Numbered from the stretch's first letter, positions 9,504 to 19,509 are shown. The stretch: 64,000 nucleotides of DNA from an uncultured Gammaproteobacteria bacterium (GCA_964422585.1 CAYRBH010000002.1:13428-77427), one strand, 5' to 3'. Notes: a model not told the origin generated them from the sequence alone. A program made the numbers and translations.

Positions 9504-12463
9504 CCTCTATGCCTATTCGTCAACTGAAACGAAAAGATGCTGAGGAGCCACGAAGCGCTTTTAGCACGCATAGTTTTACCAACGACAATACTATGAGCAC
9601 CGCCGACAGACGCAATGCTTCACGAAATACTCCAACCTCATCATCATGGACTACAAGCCCGCGAAGAGGAGGAACGCCAAAGAAACGCATACGCCGGCAG
9701 AAGACGCTCCTTGCGACATTCATTCGCTTGGGGTTGTTACTATTCCTGATCGGCGGAATTGGATTAGTGACTGTCTTTGCCTACTACTCGAAGGATTTGC
9801 CCGATCCGAATAAGATCATACAGCGCGATGTTGCTCAGAGCACGAAAATCTATGATCGTACCGGCACGGTATTGCTCTATGAGATACATGGAGCTGAGCG
9901 CAGGACCTCTATCGAGCTCTCTGACATACCGCAATATGCGATTAATGCGACTATCGCTATCGAAGATAAAAATTTCTTCAAGCATAGCGGTCTTTCATTC
10001 CCCAGTATCCTCAAAGCTATCGTCCTGGACGTCGCGAGCAAGATCGGCTTATACCATGGTATCGTTCCTGGCGGCTCAACCTTGACCCAGCAATTCATCA
10101 AGAACGCAGTACTCACAACCGAGAAAAGTTACTCCCGTAAAATTAAGGAGTTCGTGCTTGCCTATAGACTCGAGCAGAAATTCAGCAAAGAGCAGATACT
10201 CAAACTCTATTTCAATGAAATACCCTATGGCTCGACAGCGTATGGCATTGAGGCCGCCTCTCATATCTACTTCGACAAATCAGCGAAAGACCTGACCCTC
10301 GGCGAAGCCGCGATTCTCGCCGCATTGCCACAGGCCCCAAGCTACTACTCGCCTTATGGCGAGCATAAGGACGAGTTGATCGCGCGACAGCGTCTGGTCT
10401 TGAAACTCATGGTCGAGCAGGGTTATATCACCCAAGATCAGGCTCAGGCCGCTCGTGATGAAAAGATTGTCTTCAAGAGAAAACAGGAGGATATCAAGGC
10501 GCCGCATTTCGTGTTCATGGTGAAAGACGAATTGGCGCAGCGCTATGGAGAACGCCTCGTGGAGCAAGGCGGCCTGAAGATCATCACGACACTTGACTAT
10601 GATAAGCAAAAGATCGCCGAACAAACTATCAATGAGATAGGCGCTACCAATCTCGAAAAATACAAGGCGCAGAACGCGAGCCTGGTCACCATCGATGTGA
10701 ACACCGGGCAGGTGCTCGCGCTCGTAGGCTCGAGGGACTATTTCGATGACTCTATAGACGGGCAGGTCAATGTAGCGACAAGCCTCCGGCAGCCTGGCAG
10801 CTCCTTGAAGCCGATGATCTACTCTGAAGCATTCAATCAAGGCTACCGACCAGATACTATGATTTTCGATCTGCGGACAGCCTTCTCGAGCGACTACTCT
10901 CCTCAAGACTATGATGGCAAAGAGCGGGGCCCGATCTCGCTGCGCGATGCCTTACAAGGTTCGCTCAATATCCCTGCAGTTAAAATGCTCTATCTCATAG
11001 GCGTGCCGCGCGCCATCGAGCTCGCCCAGCAGCTTGGTTATACCTCACTCACCGATCCAAATCGCTACGGCCTATCACTAGTGCTCGGAGGTGGTGAAGT
11101 GAAGCTCATCGAGCATACGAACGCCTATGCGGCCTTCGCGCGCGAAGGTGTCTATAAACCCTATGCGGATGTACTGAGCGTTCAAGATGCTAATGGTAAC
11201 ACCTTAGAGCAATTCACTGATACTGAAGGACAGCGCGTGTTACCGCGAGAAGTCACCCGGCAGCTTTCAAATGTACTCTCAGACAATGATGCGCGCACGT
11301 TCATCTTCGGCGCGGGCAATCATCTCGTACTCGACGGCAGGCCGGTCGCGGCAAAAACCGGTACGACGAATGACTACAAGGATGCCTGGACCATGGGCTA
11401 CACCCCCTCCATAGTTACTGGCGTCTGGGTCGGTAATTCTGATAACACCTCCATGGGCCCGAAGGCTGACGGTTCTGTCGTGGCTGCTCCCATTTGGCAG
11501 AAGTATATGAATGCTATCCTCAAAGACACTCCTGTCGAACAATTCAAAGCGCCGGAGCCCTTGCCTGCGTGCACGAAACCTATGCTCTGCGGGACCTTAG
11601 GAAGCGAACGGGTTGTCAGGATTAATATGGATAATGGTAAACTTGCTGGCCCTGCGACACCGCCATCGAAAATCAAAGAAGTCACCTACAAAGAAGTGCA
11701 TGAGTTGCTGCAGTATGTAGACAAAACGAACCCAACCGGCCCTGAGCCAGCTGATCCCACTGCGGATCCACAATACAGCGCGTGGGAAGCGCCCGTACAG
11801 CAGTGGGCGCAAAAACAAGGATACCTCACTGATGTCCCACCGACCGAGATCGACACGACGTATAGCACCGCTGACCAACCATCGATCAACTGGACTTCGC
11901 TACAAGATGGCGCAACTATCACCTCGTTGCCTATCACTCTCAGCTCACAAGCTTCTGGGCCGCATGGCGTTGCAAAGGTGACCTATCTGTTGAACAATCA
12001 GATTATAGGCACGGCGACACAAGCTCCGTACACCTTTGCCTTCACGCCAAACACAACAGTACAAAATGGTACGTACACCTTAAGCGCCCGCGCGACTGAT
12101 AGTCTTGGCGATGAGCAACAAAACGATATTACGGTAACCATTAACCTGCCGCCTGACCCGAATGCCTGGTCAATTAACTGGATAGCGCCAGAACCGAACG
12201 CAACCTACGCGCTTGCGAATGTGCCAACAGAGCTACAGATAGGGATTACCAATCCACAGCGCATTAAAAAAATTGACTTCTACTATGCCAACGAAGGCGC
12301 GCCGCATTTCATTGGTTTCCAGAATGTCAGTGGCCAGACGCAACTAAATGAACCCTGGATAAAACCAGATTCGCCGGGGACCTATCAACTCTACCTTGTC
12401 GTGACTGATATACATAACCAGTCAATGACAGATCCTCTCATCTCTATTTCGGTCACCAATTGA
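9497..12463 (+). CDS. Bifunctional class A penicillin-binding protein (transglycosylase/transpeptidase) with long C-terminal Ig-like extension
   Basis: GT51 motifs EDKNFFKHSG, GGSTLTQQ and RKIKE. Transpeptidase motifs SSLKP, SLN and KTGTT. Single N-terminal TM segment. 988 aa. Confidence 0.9.
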   Translation: MTSSMPIRQLKRKDAEEPRSAFSTHSFTNDNTMSTADRRNASRNTPTSSSWTTSPRRGGTPKKRIRRQKTLLATFIRLGLLLFLIGGIGLVTVFAYYSKDLPDPNKIIQRDVAQSTKIYDRTGTVLLYEIHGAERRTSIELSDIPQYAINATIAIEDKNFFKHSGLSFPSILKAIVLDVASKIGLYHGIVPGGSTLTQQFIKNAVLTTEKSYSRKIKEFVLAYRLEQKFSKEQILKLYFNEIPYGSTAYGIEAASHIYFDKSAKDLTLGEAAILAALPQAPSYYSPYGEHKDELIARQRLVLKLMVEQGYITQDQAQAARDEKIVFKRKQEDIKAPHFVFMVKDELAQRYGERLVEQGGLKIITTLDYDKQKIAEQTINEIGATNLEKYKAQNASLVTIDVNTGQVLALVGSRDYFDDSIDGQVNVATSLRQPGSSLKPMIYSEAFNQGYRPDTMIFDLRTAFSSDYSPQDYDGKERGPISLRDALQGSLNIPAVKMLYLIGVPRAIELAQQLGYTSLTDPNRYGLSLVLGGGEVKLIEHTNAYAAFAREGVYKPYADVLSVQDANGNTLEQFTDTEGQRVLPREVTRQLSNVLSDNDARTFIFGAGNHLVLDGRPVAAKTGTTNDYKDAWTMGYTPSIVTGVWVGNSDNTSMGPKADGSVVAAPIWQKYMNAILKDTPVEQFKAPEPLPACTKPMLCGTLGSERVVRINMDNGKLAGPATPPSKIKEVTYKEVHELLQYVDKTNPTGPEPADPTADPQYSAWEAPVQQWAQKQGYLTDVPPTEIDTTYSTADQPSINWTSLQDGATITSLPITLSSQASGPHGVAKVTYLLNNQIIGTATQAPYTFAFTPNTTVQNGTYTLSARATDSLGDEQQNDITVTINLPPDPNAWSINWIAPEPNATYALANVPTELQIGITNPQRIKKIDFYYANEGAPHFIGFQNVSGQTQLNEPWIKPDSPGTYQLYLVVTDIHNQSMTDPLISISVTN

Positions 12464-12632
12464 CCGTCAGGTACTATTACTTGGTTATTGACAAGGATAC
12501 CGTACTGTTGTACCGTAGAGCGTTCTATGGTTAAATTGAATAAACGCACACACAGGCCTATTCCATAGTGGAATTTGCCCAGCGTGCACTCAACGTACCT
12601 TGACTTATAGGTTTAGGAAGGTGGTGATACCA

Positions 12633-13340
12633 GTGCGCCGATTCGTTTCTCTGTTTGTGACCGTGTTCGCTCTGTGCGCTCTCGAAGCGTACGCCGGAGA
12701 CCAGCCGAAGCCCCTCGTCATCCCTGACAACTTCTTCATGGCCTACGTCAAGCCGGACAACACCGTGGCCTTCGGGTTCTCGGTGCCGCCCGACGCAAAC
12801 CCCAACTTCGCTGAAGCAGACGCCAGTTGGTGGAACGTCGTCGCCAAGCACCGGGTCCTCATGGACACGAACGCCGACTACAAGGCGGCCTACTTCGCGA
12901 CAGCGAGCGATCCTGATCTCCAATCCACCGGCATTACGTTCAAAGCCTGGTCTACGGCATCGCAAGATGAAAAGGCCACGTTGCGGGCCACGTTGCGGCA
13001 GCGCGTCGCAGACGTACTCCAGAAACATGGTCTTCGAGACCAGCTCGCGAGCCTGCAGGCAGACAACCAGCAAGTCGCCCTCATGGCGATGCAGTTGAGC
13101 GGAGCGAAACGCACCGCTCTCCCCCTCGTCCGGTTCTGTCCGGGTGCCGAAGGCAACATCTCCGTCAATCACAACGACCCCGACTTCCCGAAGCTTGAGC
13201 AAGCGATGAAGACACCACGCTACGACGAGGCTCTCGTCGCTTTCAAGAACTTCGAAGCCGAACACCCCAACGCGTCGATCGACGACCGCACCGCTAAGCT
13301 CAACGAGCTCGTGCGGCCACTGCTGACCGCGTCCCAATAA
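12633..13340 (+). CDS. Secreted hypothetical protein (GC-rich, likely horizontally acquired)
   Basis: GTG start preceded by GGAAGGTGG RBS. Signal peptide (LFVTVFALCALEAYA|G). Coding GC is markedly higher than flanking genes. The ORF track extends to 12600. Confidence 0.5.
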   Translation: MRRFVSLFVTVFALCALEAYAGDQPKPLVIPDNFFMAYVKPDNTVAFGFSVPPDANPNFAEADASWWNVVAKHRVLMDTNADYKAAYFATASDPDLQSTGITFKAWSTASQDEKATLRATLRQRVADVLQKHGLRDQLASLQADNQQVALMAMQLSGAKRTALPLVRFCPGAEGNISVNHNDPDFPKLEQAMKTPRYDEALVAFKNFEAEHPNASIDDRTAKLNELVRPLLTASQ

Positions 13341-13385
13341 CCGACCTCTCCAGGAGGAGGGTCACTTCGAAAGAAGGAGTCTGGA

Positions 13386-14114
13386 ATGATGAAGAACAGA
13401 CCGTCTCTCGTCCTCGGCTTGATCGCGTTCGCCGCCATGACCCCCGCCTCGTTCGCGGCGCAGAAGTCCGCGTCACCCCCGGTCAGTCTGACCCACAACG
13501 GGAGACTGAACGCTCCGCTTACGCCGATGCAGAACGAGATCTCGATCTACGTGACCGACACCGGCCGGCTGATCAGCCCGCCACCCATCGACTCGGCGAC
13601 CAACCAGCCGACACTGGACCTCGAGAAGGTCGCGAAGCACGAAGCCACGCAGGTCTGGATCAACGACAACCTGGACCATCTGAACGCCGTCGTCGGCAGA
13701 TTCGCCGCCGAGGCAAGAACGGCCAAGGCATCCGACGTGACCGGATACATCAATACCGCCTTGCAGGCTCACCTCGCGCAGATCGGAGCAGGCCGCGAAA
13801 TCGACAGGATCAACGCGACCATGATCCACCAGCTGGCAACGCCGGCGCCAAGCCCGGTTTCGACCGTCGGCAACAACCCGACCAACGCATCCCTCGTCGG
13901 GAACGTCGGGAAGGGCCAGGAGATCGACCCCAACAAGTACGCGCAGCTGAACGGCAGCTGCGGTCCTCGGGGCACGTGCCTCACCGTGGTGGAGATCTGC
14001 ATCACCGACCCGACCGGGACGAGTTGCAGCGTCATCGACTGCGACACCGGTTGCCGTGGCTGTTGCGGCTACGGCCTCAAGATGGCGGCGGTCGACCCGC
14101 CGGCGGCTTTCTAG
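13386..14114 (+). CDS. Secreted hypothetical protein with Cys-rich C-terminal tail
   Basis: AGGAG RBS and signal peptide. About 10 Cys lie in the last ~50 aa (CGPRGTC...CSVIDCDTGCRGCCGYG). GC-rich. Confidence 0.5.
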   Translation: MMKNRPSLVLGLIAFAAMTPASFAAQKSASPPVSLTHNGRLNAPLTPMQNEISIYVTDTGRLISPPPIDSATNQPTLDLEKVAKHEATQVWINDNLDHLNAVVGRFAAEARTAKASDVTGYINTALQAHLAQIGAGREIDRINATMIHQLATPAPSPVSTVGNNPTNASLVGNVGKGQEIDPNKYAQLNGSCGPRGTCLTVVEICITDPTGTSCSVIDCDTGCRGCCGYGLKMAAVDPPAAF

Positions 14115-14161
14115 CCGTACCTTCCTTCCCACAACCAGCCCGCGCGCAAGCGCGGTCTTCA

Positions 14162-14201
14162 GGGCGCGGGGACCTCACGGTTCTCGCGCCCTCCTTTTTT
14201 T
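14162..14201 (+). terminator. Rho-independent terminator after the GC-rich two-gene block
   Basis: GGGCGCG...CGCGCCC stem followed by a T7 run. A GNRA-loop hairpin lies just upstream. Confidence 0.5.
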
Positions 14202-14290
14202 GGAGGCAGATATGCCTATCGTCCTTGCCAGAAGAATTCGGCTACGGCGCATCTCCACACGGGGGGGGTGCGCTTTTCTTTTACAAAAAT

Positions 14291-15001
14291 TTAGAGGCGC
14301 CAGGGCAAGAGAAGTGTATCGAGGATATTCGAGCGGCCGATCTTCGAAGCCCCGATCGTCCTATCTCGAAAGGTAATAGCGACCTCCTCAATCCGCGCAT
14401 GCGCTTTCACAGCTGCCCAGCTTGTTTCTATTTGAAAAGCATACCCATCTGATCGTGTAGCTGTTATACCAATGCGCTCAAGCAAAGAAGTTTTCCAGAT
14501 CTTATAGCCGCTGGTCGAGTCTTTAATATGATACTGCGGATCTTTGAAGCGAAGGATGGCGTTAATATATATGTTCGCTATACGGCTTACTAGCAAACGA
14601 AAGTATGACCAATGAGAAATGGAACCGCCTTTGACATAACGACTACCAATGACCAGCTCAGCGTCCTGCGCTTTTTCTAGCAGCCCCCGCAGGGCATGAG
14701 GGTCATGAGATCCATCAGCGTCCATTTGGACGACGATATCATATCCCCGCTCGAGCGCCCAGCGAAAACCATCACGATAGGCGCTTCCAAGCCCTTGTTT
14801 AGAGCCTCTCTGCACAAGATGTATCGACGGGTGCTGCGCGCACTGTTCCCGCATATACTCCCCCGTACCATCGAGGGACCCGTCATCAATGACGAGTATA
14901 TCCAAGGGCAGCCCCCTGAGCGCATCGATAAGGATCGGGAGTGCTCCGCGCTCATTATAGGTTGGTATCACTACCAGTGTTTTTGCGTCGAGCACAGCCA
15001 C
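14291..15001 (-). CDS. Family 2 glycosyltransferase (polyprenyl-phosphate sugar transferase-like)
   Basis: N-terminal VVIPTYNE...DDGSxDGT motifs of GT2 / Dpm1-like enzymes. Confidence 0.75.
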   Translation of the reverse strand: MAVLDAKTLVVIPTYNERGALPILIDALRGLPLDILVIDDGSLDGTGEYMREQCAQHPSIHLVQRGSKQGLGSAYRDGFRWALERGYDIVVQMDADGSHDPHALRGLLEKAQDAELVIGSRYVKGGSISHWSYFRLLVSRIANIYINAILRFKDPQYHIKDSTSGYKIWKTSLLERIGITATRSDGYAFQIETSWAAVKAHARIEEVAITFRDRTIGASKIGRSNILDTLLLPWRL

Positions 15002-16107
15002 TACTGTTTAATGGGCATGATGACATACACAAACCCATCCTCCTTCGGCGCAGTAAGTACGGCGGGCGTGGTTGGCTCATTGGTCCTTAGTGTCGCGCGG
15101 TCGCTTGAAATATGCGCGAGACCATCAAGTAAAAATTTATAGTTAAAAACTATATCAAGCTCCTGTTCTTTGACCAAACTTGGCACATTCGAAATGTTCT
15201 TGCCGAATGTACTGTTCTCAGCGTTGATGGCAATGTCTGAGAAGCGCTTGTCGAGAGAGATTCGTACGTCATTGATACCTTGCTTACAAAACAGAGAGGT
15301 TGTTTTGATCGCCTGCGCCATATCATATACCTTGAACTCCACGATATTCTTGAATGTGGTTGGGATTATTTGTTTATAGTCCGGATAGTCGCCGGTGATA
15401 ATGCGGGAAACTAGTTGTGTTTGGCCACATACAAAAAGTATCTGGGTATCATTGATGGTGATTGTTGTATTTTCCTCTTCCGAGAGCGGCAACACTCGAA
15501 CTAACTCCTGCAATGTCTTTGAGGGAATGATTATTGCTCGGGGATGTGGGGTTTTTGTTGCGAGCGAAACCTTTTTTTCAACGAGGCGATAGCCGTCTGT
15601 CGCCACAAATATACAGTGTTTGTCTTCAAGGATGATATACACACCAGTGAGTTCTGGCCGAGACTCGTCGTTTGACACCGCGAAAACAGTTTGATTAAGC
15701 GCCTCGATGAGTGTTGCTGTTGGCAGGGTGATTGTGGTTTTTGCCTCTACCTCTGGGATTACCGGAAAGTCGGATGATTCAAGGCCACGAATAGTTGTTT
15801 GGTGGTTCTCGCCGCGTAAGTGCAGTGTTTTGTCCACCAACTCAACCTCGACATTCTCTTTTTTCAATGTGTTAACAAATTCGGAGAGAAGCTTCGCTTG
15901 TACCGTAAAGTCTCCCTCAGACTCGATCTTACCACGCACCTTTGTTTTTATGCCTATCTCTAAGTTTGTTGAAACCAACAGTAAACCATCTTTTCTTGCC
16001 TGCAAAAGCACATTATTTAAAATGGGCAGGTTTGTGTTTTTATCACTTAATCGCGCGACAATATTTAATCCTCTGGAAAAATTTTCTTGTGTGCAGGTTA
16101 ATTTCAT
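15001..16107 (-). CDS. dnaN: DNA polymerase III beta sliding clamp
   Basis: 368 aa with a conserved N-terminal region (NLPILNNVLL). Sits directly downstream of dnaA. Confidence 0.85.
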   Translation of the reverse strand: MKLTCTQENFSRGLNIVARLSDKNTNLPILNNVLLQARKDGLLLVSTNLEIGIKTKVRGKIESEGDFTVQAKLLSEFVNTLKKENVEVELVDKTLHLRGENHQTTIRGLESSDFPVIPEVEAKTTITLPTATLIEALNQTVFAVSNDESRPELTGVYIILEDKHCIFVATDGYRLVEKKVSLATKTPHPRAIIIPSKTLQELVRVLPLSEEENTTITINDTQILFVCGQTQLVSRIITGDYPDYKQIIPTTFKNIVEFKVYDMAQAIKTTSLFCKQGINDVRISLDKRFSDIAINAENSTFGKNISNVPSLVKEQELDIVFNYKFLLDGLAHISSDRATLRTNEPTTPAVLTAPKEDGFVYVIMPIKQ

Positions 16108-16356
16108 ACAACTCTTATTAGGGGTTTTATATACTATTGATAGTTATAATAATAGGGTGTGTGGATAGGTGGGTAAGTGTTGGGGGGTGGGTTTTGGCTT
16201 GATTATGTAGTAAAAAATGAGGTGCTGTGTGTGTACAAATTTTGGATGAGGCTGGGTATGTTGTTGTGGATGTTTGGGTGAAGAAAAAAGTAAGTTTTTT
16301 GTTTTTGTGTATAAGGTTTAGATATTCAGAATATGAGAAACAGTTAAACACATTTT
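16108..16356. promoter_or_regulatory. Candidate oriC region (dnaA-dnaN spacer) with G/T-rich, C-depleted top strand and degenerate DnaA boxes
   Basis: TGTGGATAG at 16160..16168. Further TGTGGAT-like 9-mers near 16241 and 16265. G-tracts GGGTAAGTGTTGGGGGGTGGG. Almost no C on the + strand over ~200 nt. Confidence 0.4.
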
Positions 16357-17733
16357 TTACTCATACATTTTTTGACGCAGCAGGGCCACATCATTCCTAA
16401 TTTTTTCATTCGAATTCAAATACTCTTCTATCTTACCGCAAGCGTGCATGGCGGTTGTGTGATCCCTGCCACCAAGCTGCTGGCCAATATGCGGATATGA
16501 ACAGGACATTTCTTCGCGCAATAAATACATCGTGATCTGTCGAGGTATGACCAGCTCTTTTCTTCTAACCGGCCCGGCCAGATCTTTCAGTGATATGTCA
16601 AAGAAGTCGGCGACCAGCTGAATGAGCTTTTTACTGGTCAGACCGCCTTTTTGAGGCTTTGAGCTCGTGGAAACCAAGAGTGTTTTGGTGGATTCTTTTG
16701 TTGGCGTTGAATTAGAAAGTTGATGGTAGGCCACGATTCTATTTAAAGCGCCCTCAAGCTCACGAATATTTTCAGAAACGGTTTCAGCGATCGACCTAAT
16801 GATATCAGGGTCTAATAAGAGACCTCGTTCTTGGCACTTTGATTCAAGAATAGCGATGCGAGTCTCAAGGTCGGGCGCGCTGATATCAGCTATCATCCCC
16901 CACTCAAATCTTGAAACAAGCCGGTTTTCAATAGAAGGTATTGATTTTGGAGGCCTATCTGAACTCAGAACGATCTGCTTGTTTGTTTGGTGCAGGGCGT
17001 TGAAAGTGTGGAAAAATTCCTCTTGGGTCTGTTCTTTGCCGGCGATGAATTGTATATCATCAATCAATAATACATCGACCGATCGGTAGGTCTTCTTAAA
17101 TTTCTCAGTCGTTCCTTGTTTGATGGCGCTTACGAAATCATTCGTGAACCGCTCGCTATTTACGTAGAGCACCTTTAGCTTTGGGTTCGTACTTGCAAAA
17201 TGATTCCCGACAGCCTGGATTAAGTGCGTCTTGCCGAGGCCAACGCCGCCATAGATAAAGAGCGGGTTATAAATTTCCCCCGGCCTTGTGACAACAGCCT
17301 TTGCTGCCGCATGGGCCAGCTCATTACCAGAGCCAACGATAAAGGTATCGAAGGTATATTTTTGGTTCAAACCAAGCTTCCCATTCTCAGAATCAGAGCG
17401 ATCAAGCGGGAAAGGTGCCTCAGCAGATGGAGTGTGTTTAGCTGTTTTTTGTCCTGAGCTCGGTGATGGTTTCTCACCCTCTTGTTTTGCGGAGACGCGA
17501 TACGAAATAGTCAAATTTTTCTCACCAGTGATATTCCCTATGGCAGTCGCTATCTGGTCATTATATTTTTTTTCCAACCAAGCCTTGGTAAAAGCGTTGG
17601 GCACCCCGATCACTGTTTCACGCGGACCATGTTCGATTATAAAAGTGTTCTTGAACCAGGTCGTGAAGTTGACCTTGCTTATCAATATCTCGAGCTCACC
17701 GAGAACAGCGTGCCAGAGTTGATTAGTATCCAT
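16357..17733 (-). CDS. dnaA: Chromosomal replication initiator protein DnaA
   Basis: Walker A GLGKTHL and LLIDDIQF motifs. C-terminal DNA-binding domain motif DHTTAMHAC. Confidence 0.95.
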   Translation of the reverse strand: MDTNQLWHAVLGELEILISKVNFTTWFKNTFIIEHGPRETVIGVPNAFTKAWLEKKYNDQIATAIGNITGEKNLTISYRVSAKQEGEKPSPSSGQKTAKHTPSAEAPFPLDRSDSENGKLGLNQKYTFDTFIVGSGNELAHAAAKAVVTRPGEIYNPLFIYGGVGLGKTHLIQAVGNHFASTNPKLKVLYVNSERFTNDFVSAIKQGTTEKFKKTYRSVDVLLIDDIQFIAGKEQTQEEFFHTFNALHQTNKQIVLSSDRPPKSIPSIENRLVSRFEWGMIADISAPDLETRIAILESKCQERGLLLDPDIIRSIAETVSENIRELEGALNRIVAYHQLSNSTPTKESTKTLLVSTSSKPQKGGLTSKKLIQLVADFFDISLKDLAGPVRRKELVIPRQITMYLLREEMSCSYPHIGQQLGGRDHTTAMHACGKIEEYLNSNEKIRNDVALLRQKMYE

Positions 17734-17968
17734 GGGTTTTTGTATACAAGCTTTTGATAGGTCCTAGAATAGCACAAAAGGATATTCACAGAAACGCCCT
17801 TATCGTGCACATACTGTTGATAATCTGTGTATGTCGTAGTACCTCATATTTTTTATTCTGTCCAGCCCTCTACTTGTGGCAATGCTGCTCAAAAATCATT
17901 GTACTAGTACACTCCGCGACCTATGCATTTACAAAGCAAGGTATATGTGATACTTTTTTCTAGTATCT

Positions 17969-18109
17969 ATGGCAACAAAACGAACCTATCAACCGAAAAA
18001 ACGAAAGCGTGTGCGAGCGCATGGATTTAGGGCTCGTATGGCGACCGCCGGTGGCCGCAAGGTTATTCGTCGCAGAAAAGCCAAGGGACGAAAAAAACTA
18101 ACAGTCTAA
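17969..18109 (+). CDS. rpmH: 50S ribosomal protein L34
   Basis: 46-aa [27 protein letters not shown]... It is absent from the ORF track because it is under 60 aa. Confidence 0.9.
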   Translation: MATKRTYQPKKRKRVRAHGFRARMATAGGRKVIRRRKAKGRKKLTV

Positions 18110-18115
18110 GTCTGT

Positions 18116-18466
18116 ATGCTTTCCCGTGCTCATCGTTTGCGCGGTGATCCGGTATTTAAGAGGCTTGCGCGCATTGGGCAACCTTTTTTTGGTACTTCAT
18201 TGACCTTTCGCATTGCTCCACAAGGAACAGATCGCTCACTGCCAACCCGTTTTGCCTTCGTAGTCTCCACAAAGGTGAGCAAGAAGGCAGTTGAGCGCAA
18301 CTTATTGCGCAGAAGGCTTCGAGAAATTATCCGGGCAGAACTTCCTCAATTAAAAACAGGCCTTGAAGTCTTGATCATTGCGCGTCCCCAGGCACGGCAG
18401 CTTGATTTTCAAGCTTTGAAACAAGAAGTCGAAGCCTTACTCACAAAGTCTCGCCTATGGCTATAA
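18116..18466 (+). CDS. rnpA: Ribonuclease P protein component
   Basis: 116 aa, basic, with the RNLLRRRLRE motif. Immediately downstream of rpmH. Confidence 0.85.
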   Translation: MLSRAHRLRGDPVFKRLARIGQPFFGTSLTFRIAPQGTDRSLPTRFAFVVSTKVSKKAVERNLLRRRLREIIRAELPQLKTGLEVLIIARPQARQLDFQALKQEVEALLTKSRLWL

Positions 18467-18720
18467 GTACTAGCGTGCTCCTACTTCCACGCAGAGCTGT
18501 TCTGCAGCTGATACGGCTCTATCAGAGGACGGTATCTCCGGATACAGGCATAGTTGCGGCCCTTTTCCCACATGGTTATTGCCGTTTTCATCCAACCTGC
18601 TCAGAATATACATACCAAGCTATCGAACGGTATGGTATAGTACGAGGCAGTCTGAAGGGCGTCTACCGTATTATTCGCTGTAATCCCTGGAATACAGGCG
18701 GCATTGACCCTATAACCTAA
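18457..18720 (+). CDS. yidD: Membrane protein insertion efficiency factor YidD
   Basis: Conserved Cys pattern (CRFHPTCSEY...RCNPW). Overlaps the rnpA end by 10 nt. Confidence 0.8.
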   Translation: MAISTSVLLLPRRAVLQLIRLYQRTVSPDTGIVAALFPHGYCRFHPTCSEYTYQAIERYGIVRGSLKGVYRIIRCNPWNTGGIDPIT

Positions 18721-18729
18721 CACCACAGT

Positions 18730-19419
18730 ATGTTTATTTATACCGAAGTATTATACAAGCCACTTTTTAACCTATTGATCTTTTTGTATAACACCATCCC
18801 AGGTCATGACCTGGGTGTTACTATCATCGTGCTGACGCTGATCATCAAGTTGGTGCTGTATCCACTGAACCGGCGCGCCATCATATCCCAGAAAGCGCTG
18901 CAGACCATACAGCCGAAAGTTGAAGAGTTGAAAGAGAGGTATAAGGATGATCGCGAAAAGCTTGGTACGGAGATGATGCAGTTGTATAAGCAAGAGAAAA
19001 TAAATCCTTTTTCTTCCTGTTTGCCGCTCTTGATACAGCTACCGATACTCATCGCTGTCTATCAGGTGTTTATACATGGTCTCAAGAATCAAAGCTTCGA
19101 ACTGCTGTACCCGGGTATAGCGAGTCCAGGCTCTTTGAGCACCTTCGCTTTTGGCTTCCTTGATCTTTTGAAGCCGAATCTTATACTCGCGCTCATGGCA
19201 GGGCTCGCCCAATTCTGGCAGACGAAAATGCTTATGGCCAAGAATAAAAAGGCCGGTTCCATGACTTCAGCCATGAATTCCCAGATGCTCTATATGATGC
19301 CGGTAATGACTGTTATTATTGGATCTCGTTTTCCGGCCGGCCTGGCACTCTATTGGTTCTCGACTACTTTTTTCTCAGTACTCCAGCAGATGTGGATGTT
19401 CAGGAAAAAAACCGCTTAG
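18730..19419 (+). CDS. yidC: Membrane protein insertase YidC (short form)
   Basis: 229 aa polytopic protein in the canonical rnpA-yidD-yidC position. Confidence 0.8.
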   Translation: MFIYTEVLYKPLFNLLIFLYNTIPGHDLGVTIIVLTLIIKLVLYPLNRRAIISQKALQTIQPKVEELKERYKDDREKLGTEMMQLYKQEKINPFSSCLPLLIQLPILIAVYQVFIHGLKNQSFELLYPGIASPGSLSTFAFGFLDLLKPNLILALMAGLAQFWQTKMLMAKNKKAGSMTSAMNSQMLYMMPVMTVIIGSRFPAGLALYWFSTTFFSVLQQMWMFRKKTA

Positions 19420-19448
19420 TGGGTGCTAACAGTGAGTATGTATATACA

Positions 19449-19478
19449 CCGCCCTCCTGCACTGCAGGAGGGCGGTTT
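19449..19478 (+). terminator. Rho-independent terminator after yidC
   Basis: Near-perfect 12-bp GC-rich palindrome CCGCCCTCCTGCA...TGCAGGAGGGCGG followed by TTT. Confidence 0.5.
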
Positions 19479-19509
19479 CGGCTACTCTGTTTTCATGAGA
19501 TGGGACTAT

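Noticed and set aside
16127-16351. 74-aa ORF on the minus strand inside the dnaA-dnaN spacer
   Set aside because: Its translation is T/H/P-rich low complexity generated by the CA-rich strand of the origin spacer. It has no RBS or start context and sits where oriC is expected.
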